Assembly: GCF_009914755.1 (NCBI RefSeq)
Contig: NC_060925.1
Length of the DNA stretch: 64,000 nucleotides
Strand: one strand, 5' to 3'
DNA from: the human T2T-CHM13v2.0 reference genome, Homo sapiens
Of this stretch, positions 1 through 16,455 are shown one piece after another. The stretch's first letter is position 1. Each line of letters begins with the position of its first letter. The notes beneath the pieces are model-generated. The model did no database searches and had not been told where the DNA came from. It saw only the letters and a list, made by a program, of their open reading frames with translations. The position numbers and the translations under genes were made by a program.

Positions 1-3068
<3,068 letters not shown>

Positions 3069-6000
3069 GCTTACATTAAAAACAAGAAAAGGATTCAATT
3101 GACAACCTAACTTTACACCTAAGGAACTAGAAAAAGAAGAACAAACCAAACTTAAAGCTAGTAAAAGGAAAGAAATAACAAAGATTAGAGTGGAAATAAA
3201 TAAAATAAAGAATGGCAAAACAATACCAAAAAGAAAAAAAAAAATCAATGAAACCAAAAGTTGCCTCTTTGAATGAAAAGATGAACAAAACCAACAAACC
3301 TTTAGGTAGACTAACACAAAAAAGGGAGAAGGATCAAATTACTAAACTCAGAAATGAAAGTGGGTACATAACTACCAATTTTACAGAAATGGAAAGGATA
3401 TAAGAGAGTACCGTAAGCAACTATATGCCAACAAATTAACCTAGATGAAGTAGACAAATTCCTAGCAACACAAAACCTACCACGATTGAATCAGGAAGAA
3501 ACAGAAAAGGTAAATAAATCTATTTAGCAAAGAGATTCAGCAAAGAGACTGAATTGGTAATCCAAAAAAAAAAAAAGAAAAGAAAAGAAAAACAAACTCC
3601 CAACAAAGAAAAGCCCTGGACCAGATGGCTTCACTGGTGAATTCTACCAATATTTAAAGAATTACCACCAAGTCTTCTCAAGCTCTTTCAAAAAACTGAA
3701 GAGGAGGTAATACTTCCTGACTTATTCTATGACACCAGTATTACCCTGATACAAAAGCCAGAAAAAGACACCACAAGAAAACTACAGACCAATATCCCTT
3801 ATGAATGCTAATGCAAAAATCTTCAACAAAATACTATCAAACCAAAGGAGTGCATTTAAAGGATTACACCCCATGAACAAGTGGGATTGACTCCTGGAAT
3901 TCAAGTATGGTCCATGGTACGAAAATCTATGTAATCTCATATTAAGGGAAAGAAAGAAAAAGACCCACATGATTATCTCAATCAAAGCAGAAAAAGCATT
4001 TGATAAAATTTAACTCACTTTCATGATAAAAACACTTAACAAACTACAAATAGAAGGAAACTACCTCAACATAATAAAGCCAGATATGAAAAACTCACAG
4101 CTAACATACTCAATGCTGAATGACTGAAAGCTTTTATCCTAAGAGCAGAAACAAGGATGCCCACTTTTACCACTTCTATTCAACGTAGTATTGAAGGTTT
4201 CAGCCAGAGCAATTAGGCAAGAAAAAGAACTAAAAGACATCCAAATTGAAAAGGGAGTAAAATTATCTGTTAACAGATGACATGTTACTATATATGGAAA
4301 GCCCTAAAGTTTCTGCAAAAGAAACTGTGGCCGGGCGCGGTGGCTCACGCCTGTAATCCCAGCACTTTGGGAGGCCGAGGCGGGTGGATCATGAGGTCAG
4401 GAGATCGAGACCATCCTGGCTAACAAGGTGAAACCCCGTCTCTACTAAAAATACAAAAAATTAGCCGGGCGCGGTGGCGGGCGCCTGTAGTCCCAGCTAC
4501 TCGGGAGGCTGAGGCAGGAGAATGGCGTGAACCCGGGAAGCCGGGAAGCGGAGCTTGCAGTGAGCCGAGATTGCGCCACTGCAGTCCGCAGTCCGGCCTG
4601 GGCGACAGAGCGAGACTCCGTCTCAAAAAAAAAAAAAAAAAAAAAAAAAGAAACTGTTAGAACTAATAAATAAATTCAGCAAAGTTGCAGCATACAGAAT
4701 CAACACAAAAATCAGTTGTGTTTCTTACACTAACAATGATCAAACTGAAAAAGAAATCAACAATTCCACTTACAATAGCATCAAAAATAATAAAATACTT
4801 AGGAACCAACTTAAGGAAACAAAAGACTTGTACAGTGAAATCTACAAACATTGCTGAAAGAAATTAAAGATGACATAATAAAAAGACATCTTGTGTTCAA
4901 GGATTGAAAGACAAAATCTTGTTAAGATGTCATTACTATTCAAAGTCACCCACAGGTTCAATGAAATCTCTATGAAAATCCCAAAGACATTTGCAAAAAT
5001 AGAAAAACCCATTCTAAAATTCACATGGACTCTCCAAGTAGCCAAATCAATCCTGAAAAAGAGGAATAAGGCTGAAAGACTCATACTTCCTGATTTTAAG
5101 CTTAGTACAATACTACAGTAATCAAAACAGTCTTATACTGGTAAAAAGACAGACATACAGACCAATGCAATAGAAATATAGAACTCAAAAATATGGTCCT
5201 GATTTTCATCAAGGGCACCAAAACCATTCAATGGGGAAAGGATAGTATTTTTAAAAAGGGGCACTGGGAAAACTGGATATTCACATGGAGAAAAACGAAG
5301 TCAGACCCTTACCTTACACCATAATGCAAAACTAAACTCAAAATGGATGAAACACCTAAATGTAAGAACTAAAACTATAAAACCTTTAGAAGAAAACAGG
5401 GAAAACTTTGTGACACAGGATTTGGCCATAATTTCCTGGCTATGACAGCAAAAAACACAGGTAACTAAAGAGAAAATACATACACAGGACACCATCAAGA
5501 GAGCTAAAAGACAACCCACAGATTGGGAGAAAATATCTGCATATCATATCATCTGATAAGGGATCAATATTCAGGATATATAAAGAATTCCACAACAAAT
5601 AATCCAATTTAAAAATGAGCAAAGGTCTTAAAATAGATGTTTCTCCAAAGAAGATATACGAATGGCCAACATGCACATGATGAGACGCTCAACATCAGTC
5701 ATCAAGGAAATGCAAACTGAAACCACAGATGCCAATTCACATGCACTGGGATAGCTACTATCAAAAACAAAACGAAACAAAAACAAAAATCCTAGAAAAC
5801 AACAAGCGTTGGCTAAGATGTGGAGAAATGAGAATCCTTGTACATTGCTGGTGGGGAAGTAAAATGGTACAGCCATTGTGGAAAACAGTATGGTGGTTCC
5901 ACAAAGAAATCAAACACAGAATTACTAAATGATCTAGCAATTCCACTTCTGGGTATACACCCTAAAGAACTGAAAACAGGGATTCACACAGATATTTGCA

Positions 6001-6472
6001 TACCCATGTTTGTAGCTGCATTCACAACGGCCAAAAGGTGGAAACACCCAAATGTTCATCTATGGATGAATGGATATACAAATATGGTTTATACATACAA
6101 TGATATATAATTCAGCCCTAAAAAGGAAGGAAATTCTGATTCATGCTACAACATGAATAAACCTTAAGGACATTATGCTAAGTGAAATAAGCCAGACATA
6201 TAAGGACAAATACTGTATGATTCCACTTATATGAGGTACCTAGAGTCGTCAAATCCTTAGAGACAGAAAGTAGAATGGTGGTTGCCGTGGGATGGGGGAG
6301 GGGGAACAGGGAGTTATTGTTCAATGAGTAGAGTTTCAGTTTAGGATGGCAAAAGAGTTTTGGAAATAGACAGTTGTGATGGTTGCATCACAATGTGTGC
6401 ATACTTAATGTCGCGGAATTGTATACCTCATGGTAAATTTTATGTTATGTATATTTACCACAATAAAAAAAA
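3069..6472 (+). mobile_element. Older LINE-1 (L1MB-like), ORF2 and 3' end, interrupted by AluYb8
   Basis: Degenerate ORF2 (ccagatggcttcactggtgaattctacc); L1MB-type 3' end ggtaaattttatgttatgtatatttaccacaataaaaaaa. Confidence 0.88.
4329..4649 (+). mobile_element. AluYb8 (human-specific) with an extra 8-bp duplication
   Basis: Yb8 7-bp duplication gcagtccgcagtcc, plus ggtggatcatgagg and ctaacaagg; CpGs intact; 12-bp TSD aaaagaaactgt (4317-4328 and 4646-4657). Confidence 0.95.
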
Positions 6473-7478
6473 TTTGGCAATTCAAAAAAAATCTACGTGT
6501 CTTTGAACAGTCTGTTTACATTCATTGCCCCTTTTTAACTTGGCTGTTGGTCTTTTGCTTAATAATTTATAATAGTTATATATATAGATATATATATCTC
6601 AAATTAGCTTATTGTCTGTCATGTATGTTGCAGATTTTATTTTCCCAGTTTGGTGATTGACTTTTGACTTTGAGGCATTTTTTCCTATATAGAAAATTTT
6701 AATTTTTATGGAGTCAAATTTATCAGTCTTTTATTTAATGACTTCTTCATGGGCATAGTGTTTCAGTTTAGGATGATGCAAAAGTTTTGGAGAGGGACCT
6801 AATTTATAAAGCACATAAACAAGGAAAGGAAACATTGACTTCACAAATCTCCATGACACTTTATAAGCCCCACAGTAGGGGCTGTGTGGTAAAGGTGAGT
6901 TAGAAAAAGTCATATGAACTTGAGGTCGATGTGAGACCCCTACCTCCTATCCTGGGACTAGACTGAGGAGCACATGCATGCAGGCTCACTTGTTGAGGTA
7001 AGATGGGGCAGGCAGAATAGTCATCTCATGAGTTTGGACTACAAGCTCTCTTACATACTGAAGCATGTATAAAACCAAGAAGGCAAGCTAGGAGGATACC
7101 TTGGCTACCTCTAGACACGGAGCTACAAGATATCTGCACTGAAAAAGTGATGCACAAGGGGAGAGGATCAGTATAACCTTTACACAGTGACCGGGCTCCA
7201 ATAATTCCAGGCTCTCACCAATCAGGTGAGCTCCTTTTTCTCTCTGGGGTAGATGAATCACATGGGGTGAAGTGAGAACTGAGGACATGGAGAAGAAGGC
7301 CTGGTAGTGTTTCTTCTAACTCTCCTATCCAAATGCCATCTTTCAGGACCCAAATTTCAGAAGAAGAAAGAAATTCTAGTCATCTCAATAATGCACTGTG
7401 GACTTCAGGGGAGCAGCACACAAATTATCATTTATCCTCTCTCTGTATAAGGTTAGCTTTTCCATTTTTATTACCTAC

Positions 7479-7639
7479 CTCTGATTGACTCCTCTCATAA
7501 TACTAGTTGGAGACCAGAGAGGCAGCTGAGCCGTGAGGATTACGCCTAGAAGAAACTGATTTGGCTTCTGCACATCTGGATGCGCTGATGTGTCTGTCTG
7601 ACTAAGAGTGTACAGCTGATCACAGGCAACCCGGCGAAT
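7479..7639 (-). CDS. USP24: USP24 exon ~38 (161 nt): IRRVACDQLYTLSQTD...IMRGVNQ(R)
   Basis: Acceptor atttcag|ATT, donor GAG|gtaggt; phase 0 to 2. Confidence 0.94.
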
Positions 7640-8318
7640 CTGAAATTACATGATCAGCAGCAAAGGACAGACATGAATCAACATGTTGAGACTGCTTAAA
7701 AAGTGATTTTCTTCCAAAGTCCAGCCTATTTAGTCAATCAAGTTATTGAAGGATACTAGAAAGGTATGAGTGTTTCAGATTTTAATGGTAAGGTTTTAAT
7801 GGCTAATTAAAACCCACTGCGGTTTGGGAACTGATTTCCCAAATTATTCTACTATTCTACTCTACTCAATAGGTTTATAACTTAATGTAAATGAAAATAA
7901 GAAAAAAGAAAGTTTAAGTTAATCCTCAAGGTCATGTAAGAATGTCAGAACTATAATATCTAATGAAAGTTTATGGGTTGAGGTTGATCTTTCCTGATTC
8001 TGACCAACAACGTGGATGCTTAGTGCCAGCTGCCCTTGTGAGCTATGGATATCAGACACTGGTTGTAACGTTGTTATAAACAAAAATAACTTACTAACAT
8101 TAGTCTCATAACTTTTGGTGGCATATGGAGGAGGTAGTAGAAGGAAAGGCAGTAGAGTCCAAATGGTTACTTTTCTTTCATGGTCTGCAGCCCCTTCGTA
8201 CACTCCCTGAGAGCACTCAATGCCACTCCTGTATTCCCGACAATGTCACAGGTAGTTGAGACAGCTCACAAAACAACAGGACCAAAGGAGTTTTGTAAGT
8301 AATGTGAAAAATCCTTAC

Positions 8319-8389
8319 CTCAGCACTTGGTGATCCGAGCAGAATATCAATGATGAAATCAGCAACACAGGGCAAGTTATAGAAAGATG
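8319..8389 (-). CDS. USP24: USP24 exon ~37 (71 nt): (A)SFYNLPCVADFIIDILLGSPSAE
   Basis: Acceptor cttattag|CA, donor GAG|gtaagg; phase 1 to 0. Confidence 0.94.
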
Positions 8390-8871
8390 CTAATAAGAAG
8401 AAATGGGGGATGTGGGTGTGTGAAACAAGTTAGGTAATGCATTTTCAAATTTTGATTAATTTCTTAAGCTCAACTTAAGCATAAGCTCTTCTCTTTTACA
8501 TACAATAATTCAGGACCTTTTACAATTGCTTTCATGCCTGTCCATTTACCCCATAAAATTCTAAGTTGTTCAAGAGAAGAAACCATGTCTTATTTTTGTG
8601 CTCCATATTTTATCACAATGCCTTGCACATACCAGTTACAGAATAAATGTCTTGCCTTGATAAACTATCAATAGTTGCAAACTATAAAATATACCTTAAA
8701 ATAAACTTACAAATGATAACAGATAAAAGCTTGGAGGGAAGTTATCATTTTTTCATCTTGATTTGAAAATATCTCTAAGTTAAACAATTCTAGGAAAATT
8801 AAACGAAATCAAACAGCTAAGGGTAGGATTAGTACACTTTTTAAAAGTGGAGTTGCTAAAACTTCATTTCT

Positions 8872-9910
8872 GAATATTTATTTATTGAGAATCTACTACA
8901 CATCAGACAGTGTTTGGGGGCTGGAGATTCATCAGGGAACAAAATGAATAAAAGTCTCTGTCCTCATGGAGCTTTCAATCTAGTTGGGGAGGAGATAATG
9001 ACAATAAACACAATAAATAAGTAGATTATTTTGCAAGTTATAAAATGATAAATGTTACAGGAAAAAAATAAGGTAAGGAGTCTGGGCAGTGCAGGGGCAA
9101 GAAGAGCACTGTAATTTTTTTATAGGTGGTTGGGGAATGTTTCAGTAAGCATACTGGAAAGAGGGAACAAACAGCCAGTGCAAGGGAAGGAATGTATGCT
9201 GGCTGCTGGGGGAACAGCAAGGAGCCCAGGGTGGCCGAAGCACAGTGAGTAAAGGGAAGAGTAGAAGCAAAGGCACAGGAGTATCAAGTGGTACACAGTG
9301 TCCACCCCCTTGTAAAGATTTGGCTTTTGCTTGGTGAACTGAGAAGCCACCGGAAGGCTTTCAAAGAGGAGTGATGTATTCTGACTTAAAATTTAGAAGG
9401 TCCACCCTGGTTGCTGAGTAGAGAATAAACTGCAAGGCAGAAGCAAGAAGATGAGTTAGGGCACTCTTGCTATAGTCCAAGTAGGAAGCAATGGCAGCTT
9501 GGAGGGACCAACAGTGAAAGGGGTGTTAAGGGGTAGAATCTAGAGAGGGCTTGAAGGGGGATATGCTGACAGATTAGAAGTAGGGGGTGAAAAAAAGATA
9601 TCAAAGATGAAGCCAAGGTTTTTGGCCAGAGCAACCGGAAGAATAGAACTGCTTTTAAGTTGAGAAAACTCTAGGATGATATGGGCAGGATTAGAGGAGC
9701 TCAGTTCTGGAAATGAGAAGTTTGGGATGTCTATTTGATATCCAACTGGAGACATCAGGACAGTGGTACAGGCCATAGACCCAAATTTAGGTGTTGTCAA
9801 CATATAGATGGAATTTAAAACTGTGAAACTGCACGAGATCACCAAGGGAATGAATGGAGATAGAGAAGAGATGATAGGACCTGAGCCCTGGGGTGCTCTC
9901 ATGTTAGAGA
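8872..9910 (-). mobile_element. LINE-2 (L2a-like) 3' fragment
   Basis: Reverse complement of the L2 tail: atttattgag...gtcctcatggagctttcaatctag; degenerate; boundaries approximate. Confidence 0.75.
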
Positions 9911-10329
9911 ATGATTAGTAATGGTCCCCGTTCACCAAAGCCAACAATAAAGATGAAAGAGCAAATCTTAAGTTACACAATTTTTAATACTAGAGTCATT
10001 ATCAGGAATTGATATACAATTCTAATTCTGTAATTTATGAACTAGTAAATTTGGGCTCTTTGAATTCCTCAACTAGACAGCAAGCTCGTGGTGTGCAGAC
10101 ATACTGCTCTGGTGACAGCAACTGCGGAACCTCATATACAGAAGGTGCTCAATAAATATTTCTTCAGAATGAGCTATTTTAGCATTATTCTTAGCTACGC
10201 CACATGCCAACTTCCCGCCTTTTTCATTTTGACCAATGGGACCTTATCTAGGAAGAAATGTAAAGAATTCCCAACAGAAACTTGGCCTTTCCCTGAAAGA
10301 GATTAATCACAAACAAGCCTCCAGCATAC

Positions 10330-10485
10330 CCAGTTGCTGGCTCCGAAGCTGTAGGCACGTAACAAGAAGAGACAAAGCCTCTCCCGCAATCAGCGAGTCT
10401 TTGGTGGATACAGACTGTTGTCGAACACAGATTCCCGCATGCAGGGCTACTGGTTCTCCTTCACTTCCAGAGCTGCAATTGCTTC
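10330..10485 (-). CDS. USP24: USP24 exon ~36 (156 nt): (G)SNCSSGSEGEPVALHAG...QLRSQQL(A)
   Basis: Acceptor ttttcag|GA, donor TGG|gtatgc; phase 1 to 1. Confidence 0.94.
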
Positions 10486-11351
10486 CTGAAAACAGGTAAG
10501 CAGAAATTTACTGTGGATCCTACAGGAACTATGCAATATTTTAATCTTTTTACTATATGTTCCAGAATCCTCATGTGACATTAAATACTTCAAGAAAGCA
10601 CTTAGGTCCAAGAAGCAAGAGAGATTTAATACTGTATTTGAAACACTCTCACTACTTTTTCTTTAAAACACATTTGCAGGCAATCAAAATGTGTTCACAA
10701 GGCAAAACTAATTTCAGGCGATAGAAGTGAAAATAGCGCAATTTTGTGGGCATGAGGGAGCCCTCCAGAGGATATCGGAAATGTTTTCTACCTTGTAACT
10801 TGATGTAGATGGGTCATATGCATACAAAAATCCTAAAAATCTCATACACTTTACTGTCTGCACTTTACTGTATATATGTCAAAATTTTAAAAACTTCCTT
10901 TATTATTGAGGTATTTCTAAAATAGAGATTGAGCAGGAAGACCAAATAAAGCTGGGAAATAAAGCTATATTTTAAAGAGGCCTAATGAAAAATAACCTGG
11001 CAAACCAAGAAAAGAACTGTTTTCCAGGACTGAATTCTAAATGAATTTGTATTATTGCCACAATGATTGGTTTCATGACACTTTTATACTCAGCTAAGCT
11101 AAAAACTGTTGATTTGGTTTCTTCACTTACTCTATGTGTTTATAAATATTTTTCTTCTTAAGTGAAATATGACATACATATAGGAACATACATAAATACT
11201 AAGTGTATACAGAGCTTGATGAATTTTTACTCATGCTCACAAGCAAGAGAAGAGGGTCTCCCATTTTTGTGACTCTGGCAAACCTACACACAGAATTCTT
11301 ATGGTTATTTCTTACCCAGTGTTCTCATTACTGTCTCTTTTTAATCAGTAC

Positions 11352-11511
11352 CTGAACTGCTGAGTCTGTTTCGAATTCCAGCAGGACACAGGGAATTACT
11401 TTCTTTAATTGGCTGGCTACTCCCAACAAGATCAAGCCGTCCTGCAGCCGCAGCCCATGACAATCTCATGAAGCAAGCCACAGTAGAAGTGAAATCACTT
11501 ACTTCCATTGT
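11352..11511 (-). CDS. USP24: USP24 exon ~35 (160 nt): TMEVSDFTSTVACFMRLSW...RNRLSSS(G)
   Basis: Acceptor tctttag|ACA, donor CAG|gtactg; phase 0 to 1. Confidence 0.94.
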
Positions 11512-12200
11512 CTAAAGAATGGAACAAGTATTATGAGAAAGAGCAATACTTGAACACATGCCCTGACATGTACAACCTTCTTACAGGTCTCAGTTTCATA
11601 CGCCTCCTTTCCCTCCAAGGTCATCCAGAAAGATGGCCTTTCTCAAGCTGCCATCCTGCTCAAGGGCTTTCAATCTCTCTTTTTTATCTGTAAAACAGAT
11701 TGATCTTCATGCTGTGGCTTCAAAATACGCTTTACCAATTTTTTCACTTTCCCCCTTTCCCACATACTATGACCTCATGACCTCCCATAAGCTCTGGTAT
11801 TGTCTCTAGTTTGCACATGTGCTCCCTTTTGCTTGAACAAGTCTCCTTTCTCCAACTTTCTAAGTACTTATCTCTGTATATCTAATCCTCATCTGTTCTT
11901 CAAGGCCTAGCTCAAATGCCATCTATAACATAAAATCACCCATCACAGCCACAGGTGAAGGAAATTATTCTGCCTCCTTTGAAGACACACAGAATGCTGT
12001 CTTGTAGTTTTACAACACTTGATACTTTCTACCTGAAATTATAGTTATTTCTACCCTAGCGATCTCTTTTTAAGTCACCATAAATTTCTTGAAGGCAATA
12101 TTCATGTCTTAATCATTTTTATATCCCCATAGCACCTCTTCCTAAACAGGACATTCTGAATAAGAGGGACTAAAATGTCTTGAATACACAAATCACTTAC

Positions 12201-12429
12201 TTGTATTGCAACTCGAGCAGCAGGGATGATTTCCTCAACCCTAATAGAAGACCTATCAGACACGGACAACTGTCGGTAGGATGACTTTTCTGGGGTACCA
12301 CATAAGGACATCTGTCTGCTTGTCTGCCGGCTGACATTTCGGAATGGGCGGGAAGAAAGTGCTTCTATACCATCTTTGGTGAGGTCTTCATCTAATAACG
12401 TGGGCATTGTTTGTCCGACAAGTAAAAAT
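12201..12429 (-). CDS. USP24: USP24 exon ~34 (229 nt): (R)FLLVGQTMPTLLDEDL...ARVAIQ
   Basis: Acceptor ttttaag|ATT, donor CAA|gtaagt; ORF 12102..12407; phase 2 to 0. Confidence 0.95.
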
Positions 12430-12543
12430 CTTAAAAAGAAACAGCTAGACTTATTCTGAGTCCATTCATACTATTTAAAAACATGATTTGCGAAGAAAAA
12501 GTCAAGTATTGCCTGGTAAGACTAATGCAATATATTTACATAC

Positions 12544-12639
12544 CTTGCAAGCTGTAGACAGATGGAATAAACACCCTGCCTTGTTTCATAGTCTACTTCT
12601 GATGGGATGGAGTCTCTCTGCATGACATTTACAACCAAA
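12544..12639 (-). CDS. USP24: USP24 exon ~33 (96 nt): (S)LVVNVMQRDSIPSEVDYETRQGVYSICLQLA(R)
   Basis: Acceptor ttttgaag|TTT, donor AAG|gtatgt; phase 2 to 2. Confidence 0.93.
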
Positions 12640-12799
12640 CTTCAAAAAGAAGAAAAAAAGGCAGGATATTAAAGACTTCTATTTTTTTTCATTTTAAATT
12701 TTCCATAAGTAATGTAATCAGTCATCATCAATTACTTAGTTTCTACATGATTCTGTCATAAAAAGAGCCTACATATATCTATCATAATAATTTCCTATG

Positions 12800-13460
12800 A
12801 TACCTATAAGCTTCCTAACTATTCTCCCTGCTTCTGCTCTTGACTCTCCACCTTCCAAACCTATTTTCAAAAGACCCATCAGGGTGATCCTTAGAAAATT
12901 TAACTCAGATCATGGCACTCCTCTGCACAAAATCCTTCAATGGTTTCCTATTTCCTATGCTGAAAAACAGCAGAGTCTTCACAGTAGCCTGTAAGACCCT
13001 TCATAACTTGACCTCTGGTATCTCTGCAATGTCATGTCCCAGACCTCTGTCTCATTTGAGAATGGGAAACACTGCCTCATTCACGGTGCCCCAACCACAC
13101 TGGCCTCCTGTGGCCTCTGCCGGCACCAGGCAGGTCCCCACGCATGGGTGTGCGCTGGCTGCTCCTCTGAAAAGCTTTCTCCTGGGTCTCGCTCCCTTAT
13201 CTCCTTCAGGTCTTTGCTAGATGTCACCCCAGCGAAGCTTTTCCTGATCACCCTACTGAAAATCATAGCCCCCGAATCCCTGCTTCCTTCTTTATTTTTC
13301 TCTACAGCTCTCCTCACCATCTGACACATACTTTTACTTATGTTAATTGTCTCCCCCTCTAGACTGTAAGCTTCATGAGGATGTGGATTTTGGTCTAATC
13401 TACTCACTGCTCTGTTCTCATTGCTTAAGAACAATATCTGGTACATGAATTAAATGACAT
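12800..13460 (+). mobile_element. LINE-2 3' fragment
   Basis: ctagactgtaagcttcatgagg...ttaagaacaatatctggtacat is a typical L2 3' end; boundaries approximate. Confidence 0.7.
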
Positions 13461-13945
13461 ACACAAATAAGCCAAATGTTCAATGTCTTTATTTTGACAG
13501 CCCTGTAAATGGCTGAGTGATGTGAAAGGAGTTTGTACTAAAAACACCTCTACAGTGTGGAACACAGAATAAAGCTACACATGTGTGCCACACCTTCTAC
13601 GGTACTTGGGAATCCTTTTTGCCATCATTTCCCTATTTCCCATCCCCTCGACCTCCTCAAGGTCCCTACCCAGCTTCTCTGTGCCAGACCTCCCCTCAGG
13701 AATTCCTTCAACCATCCTCTGCTCATGCTTTGAGCTGGTGTCCATGCCTACCTCACCCAGAGGAAATGGTATGCCTACTTCTTTCTAGAGAAAAGCTGCT
13801 TCCAACTGCAGTACAAGTTGACCCCATCATTTACCCATTTTTCTTTTATCTTTATTCTTTTCTCCTTCATTGGTCCCTTTTAGTTAACCTATGAAGAGTC
13901 TTCCACAAGCTAAAATCAAAACAGAAAAGCCAACTTCCCCCTCAG

Positions 13946-14698
13946 TTTTTTTTTTAAATTATTATACTTTAAGTTTTAGGGTATATGTGCACAATGTGCA
14001 GGTTAGTTACATATGTATATATGTGCCATGCTGGTGTGCTGCACCCATTAACTCATCATTTAGCATTAGGTATATCTCCTAATGCTATCCCTCCCCACTC
14101 CCCCAACCCCACAACAGTCCCCAGAGTGTGATGTTCCCCTTCCTGTGTCCATGTGTTCTCATTGTTCAATTCCCACCTATGGGTGAGAACATGCGGTGTT
14201 TGGTTTTTTGTCCTTGCAATAGTTTACTGAGAATGATGATTTCCAATTTCATCCATGTCCCTACAAAGGACATGAACTCATCCTTTTTTATGGCTGCAGA
14301 GTATTCCATGGTGTATATGTGCCACATTTTCTTAATCCAGTCTATCATTGTTGGACATTTGGATTGGTTCCAAGTCTTTGCTATTGTGAATAGTGCCGCA
14401 ATAAACATACGTGTGCATGTGTCTTTATAGCAGCATGATTTATAGTCCTTTGGGTATATACCCAGTAAAGGGATGGCTGGGTCAAATGGTATTTCTAGTT
14501 CTAGATCCCTGAGGAATCGTCACACTGATTTCCACAGTGGTTGAACTAGTTTACAGTCCCACCAACAGTGTAAAAGTGTTCCTATTTCTCCACATCCTCT
14601 CCAGCACCTGTTGTTTCCTGACTTTTTAATAATTGCCATTCTAACTGGTGTTAGATGGTATCTCATTGTGGTTTTGATTTGCATTTCTCTGATGACCA
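13946..14698 (-). mobile_element. 5'-truncated L1PA3-like element (about 750 bp), sense to USP24
   Basis: High similarity to young L1 3' end (ORF 14166..14408 MFIAALFTIAKTWNQ...); TSD ccctcagtt at 13939-13947 and 14699-14707. Confidence 0.9.
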
Positions 14699-15590
14699 CC
14701 CTCAGTTATTTCTGTCTTCAATTTACTGTCACCCCTTTTTTCTTACTCATCTGGAAGGAGAGATCTCTATGCCCTGACGCTACCTTCCTGCCTTACACTT
14801 GCCACTCAGCTCTGACAGCTGGATTATGTCCTCATGGTTTTACTCACACGCTCCCAAATCTCTCATGCCATTCTCCACTTTTCTAACAAGCACCCTATCC
14901 AATCCATACCATCTACTTCACATGACTCAGAAGGACCTTGTATACAAACAAACTTATTTCTCTTGCTTTCCTTTGTTCGTTCCATCTCTCTGTGTTTATT
15001 TCTCATACTGACTAATGACTCACCATTTCCCCACTCTACCAAGCTAGAAACCACAGGGCCATTTTATAAATGTCCCCACCCTCTACCTAGTCATAAATGT
15101 CATTCTGTCACTGCCCTTCATCTCCTCTCTGGATACTGTCAGCTCTCAGTCTACCCTTCCTCCAGTCTCTCCCACTTCCCTTCATCCTCTTCACTGCTGC
15201 CAGAGTAATTGTTTCAGGTAATTCTCGGCTTAGTAACTGCCTGTTTTTTCATGGACTACAAGACAACACTCGTATTCCCCAATGAGACCCTTCTTGACAT
15301 GTTTCTCTCCTTCATCCTTTGCTTGAACACCAGGCAACTGAGGTTCCCAAGACAGGCGATGCGTCTTCATGCTCTCACTCACCCTTCCTTCCATTCCAGC
15401 TTGGAGTGCCCCTTCCCTCCTTATTTACCTAGAGGATTTCTAGGTAAATAATTTCCCAATTCCTAGCTCAACAGTCATTTTCTGTGAATAATTTCCTAAC
15501 CTTATGACCCTAAGCAAATTCAACCAATGTAACCACTACTTTCTCACCCCTCCTCCTCACAAGTACTTTTTATATATGCCTCTGCTTTAA

Positions 15591-15899
<309 letters not shown>

Positions 15900-16357
15900 C
15901 TGTTTTAATACTTATAATATAGTTACCTAGCTGTTTGTTATTCTTTGTTAAACCATCAGCTGCCTCTCAAAGGCAGAGATAATATCTAATTTATCTTTGC
16001 ATCCCCAGCACTAATACCTTGCACAATATGGATTTACAGCGATCAAATTCACCTTATTTCAAACTGACATGAGACACAAAAGAAACAGATACAGCCTCCT
16101 GGCTTCTACTCTTCTTGAAAATTTCCCCCACTACCAGAGGGGAAAGAGACATGCTTCCATACGTTTTTCAAATAATCAGAAGTTATAAAATGATTTAAAA
16201 TATTTTAAAGGACTGAAACATCATTCCTTCTTATAATAACTCTCACAATGAGTCATATGATACCTTGTAGGAATAAGCAAGACTTTGCAGGGGAAATTAA
16301 CTAAAATAACTATATTCATTTTCGGCAACTCATGTAACATTACATTGAAACTCTAAC

Positions 16358-16455
16358 CTCAAACCGCCAGCTTTGAGGAAGTTTTCACAGAAGGATTTGG
16401 CACAGCTTCTGGCCATGTCATCATCAGCTGTTGGCATGAGTTTGGAGCTTAGAAC
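16358..16455 (-). CDS. USP24: USP24 exon ~32 (98 nt): VLSSKLMPTADDDMARSCAKSFCENFLKAGGL(S)
   Basis: Acceptor tccctag|GTT, donor GAG|gttaga; phase 0 to 2. Confidence 0.93.

Noticed and set aside
10236-10499. Plus-strand ORFs antisense to exons (also 33738, 41235, 45699, 46489)
   Set aside because: Shadow ORFs of USP24 coding sequence, with no promoter, splice or homology support.
12430-12543. Short introns with length divisible by 3 (114 nt here; 117 nt at 24569-24685) as in-frame retained introns
   Set aside because: Both contain in-frame stops and have ordinary GT-AG sites.
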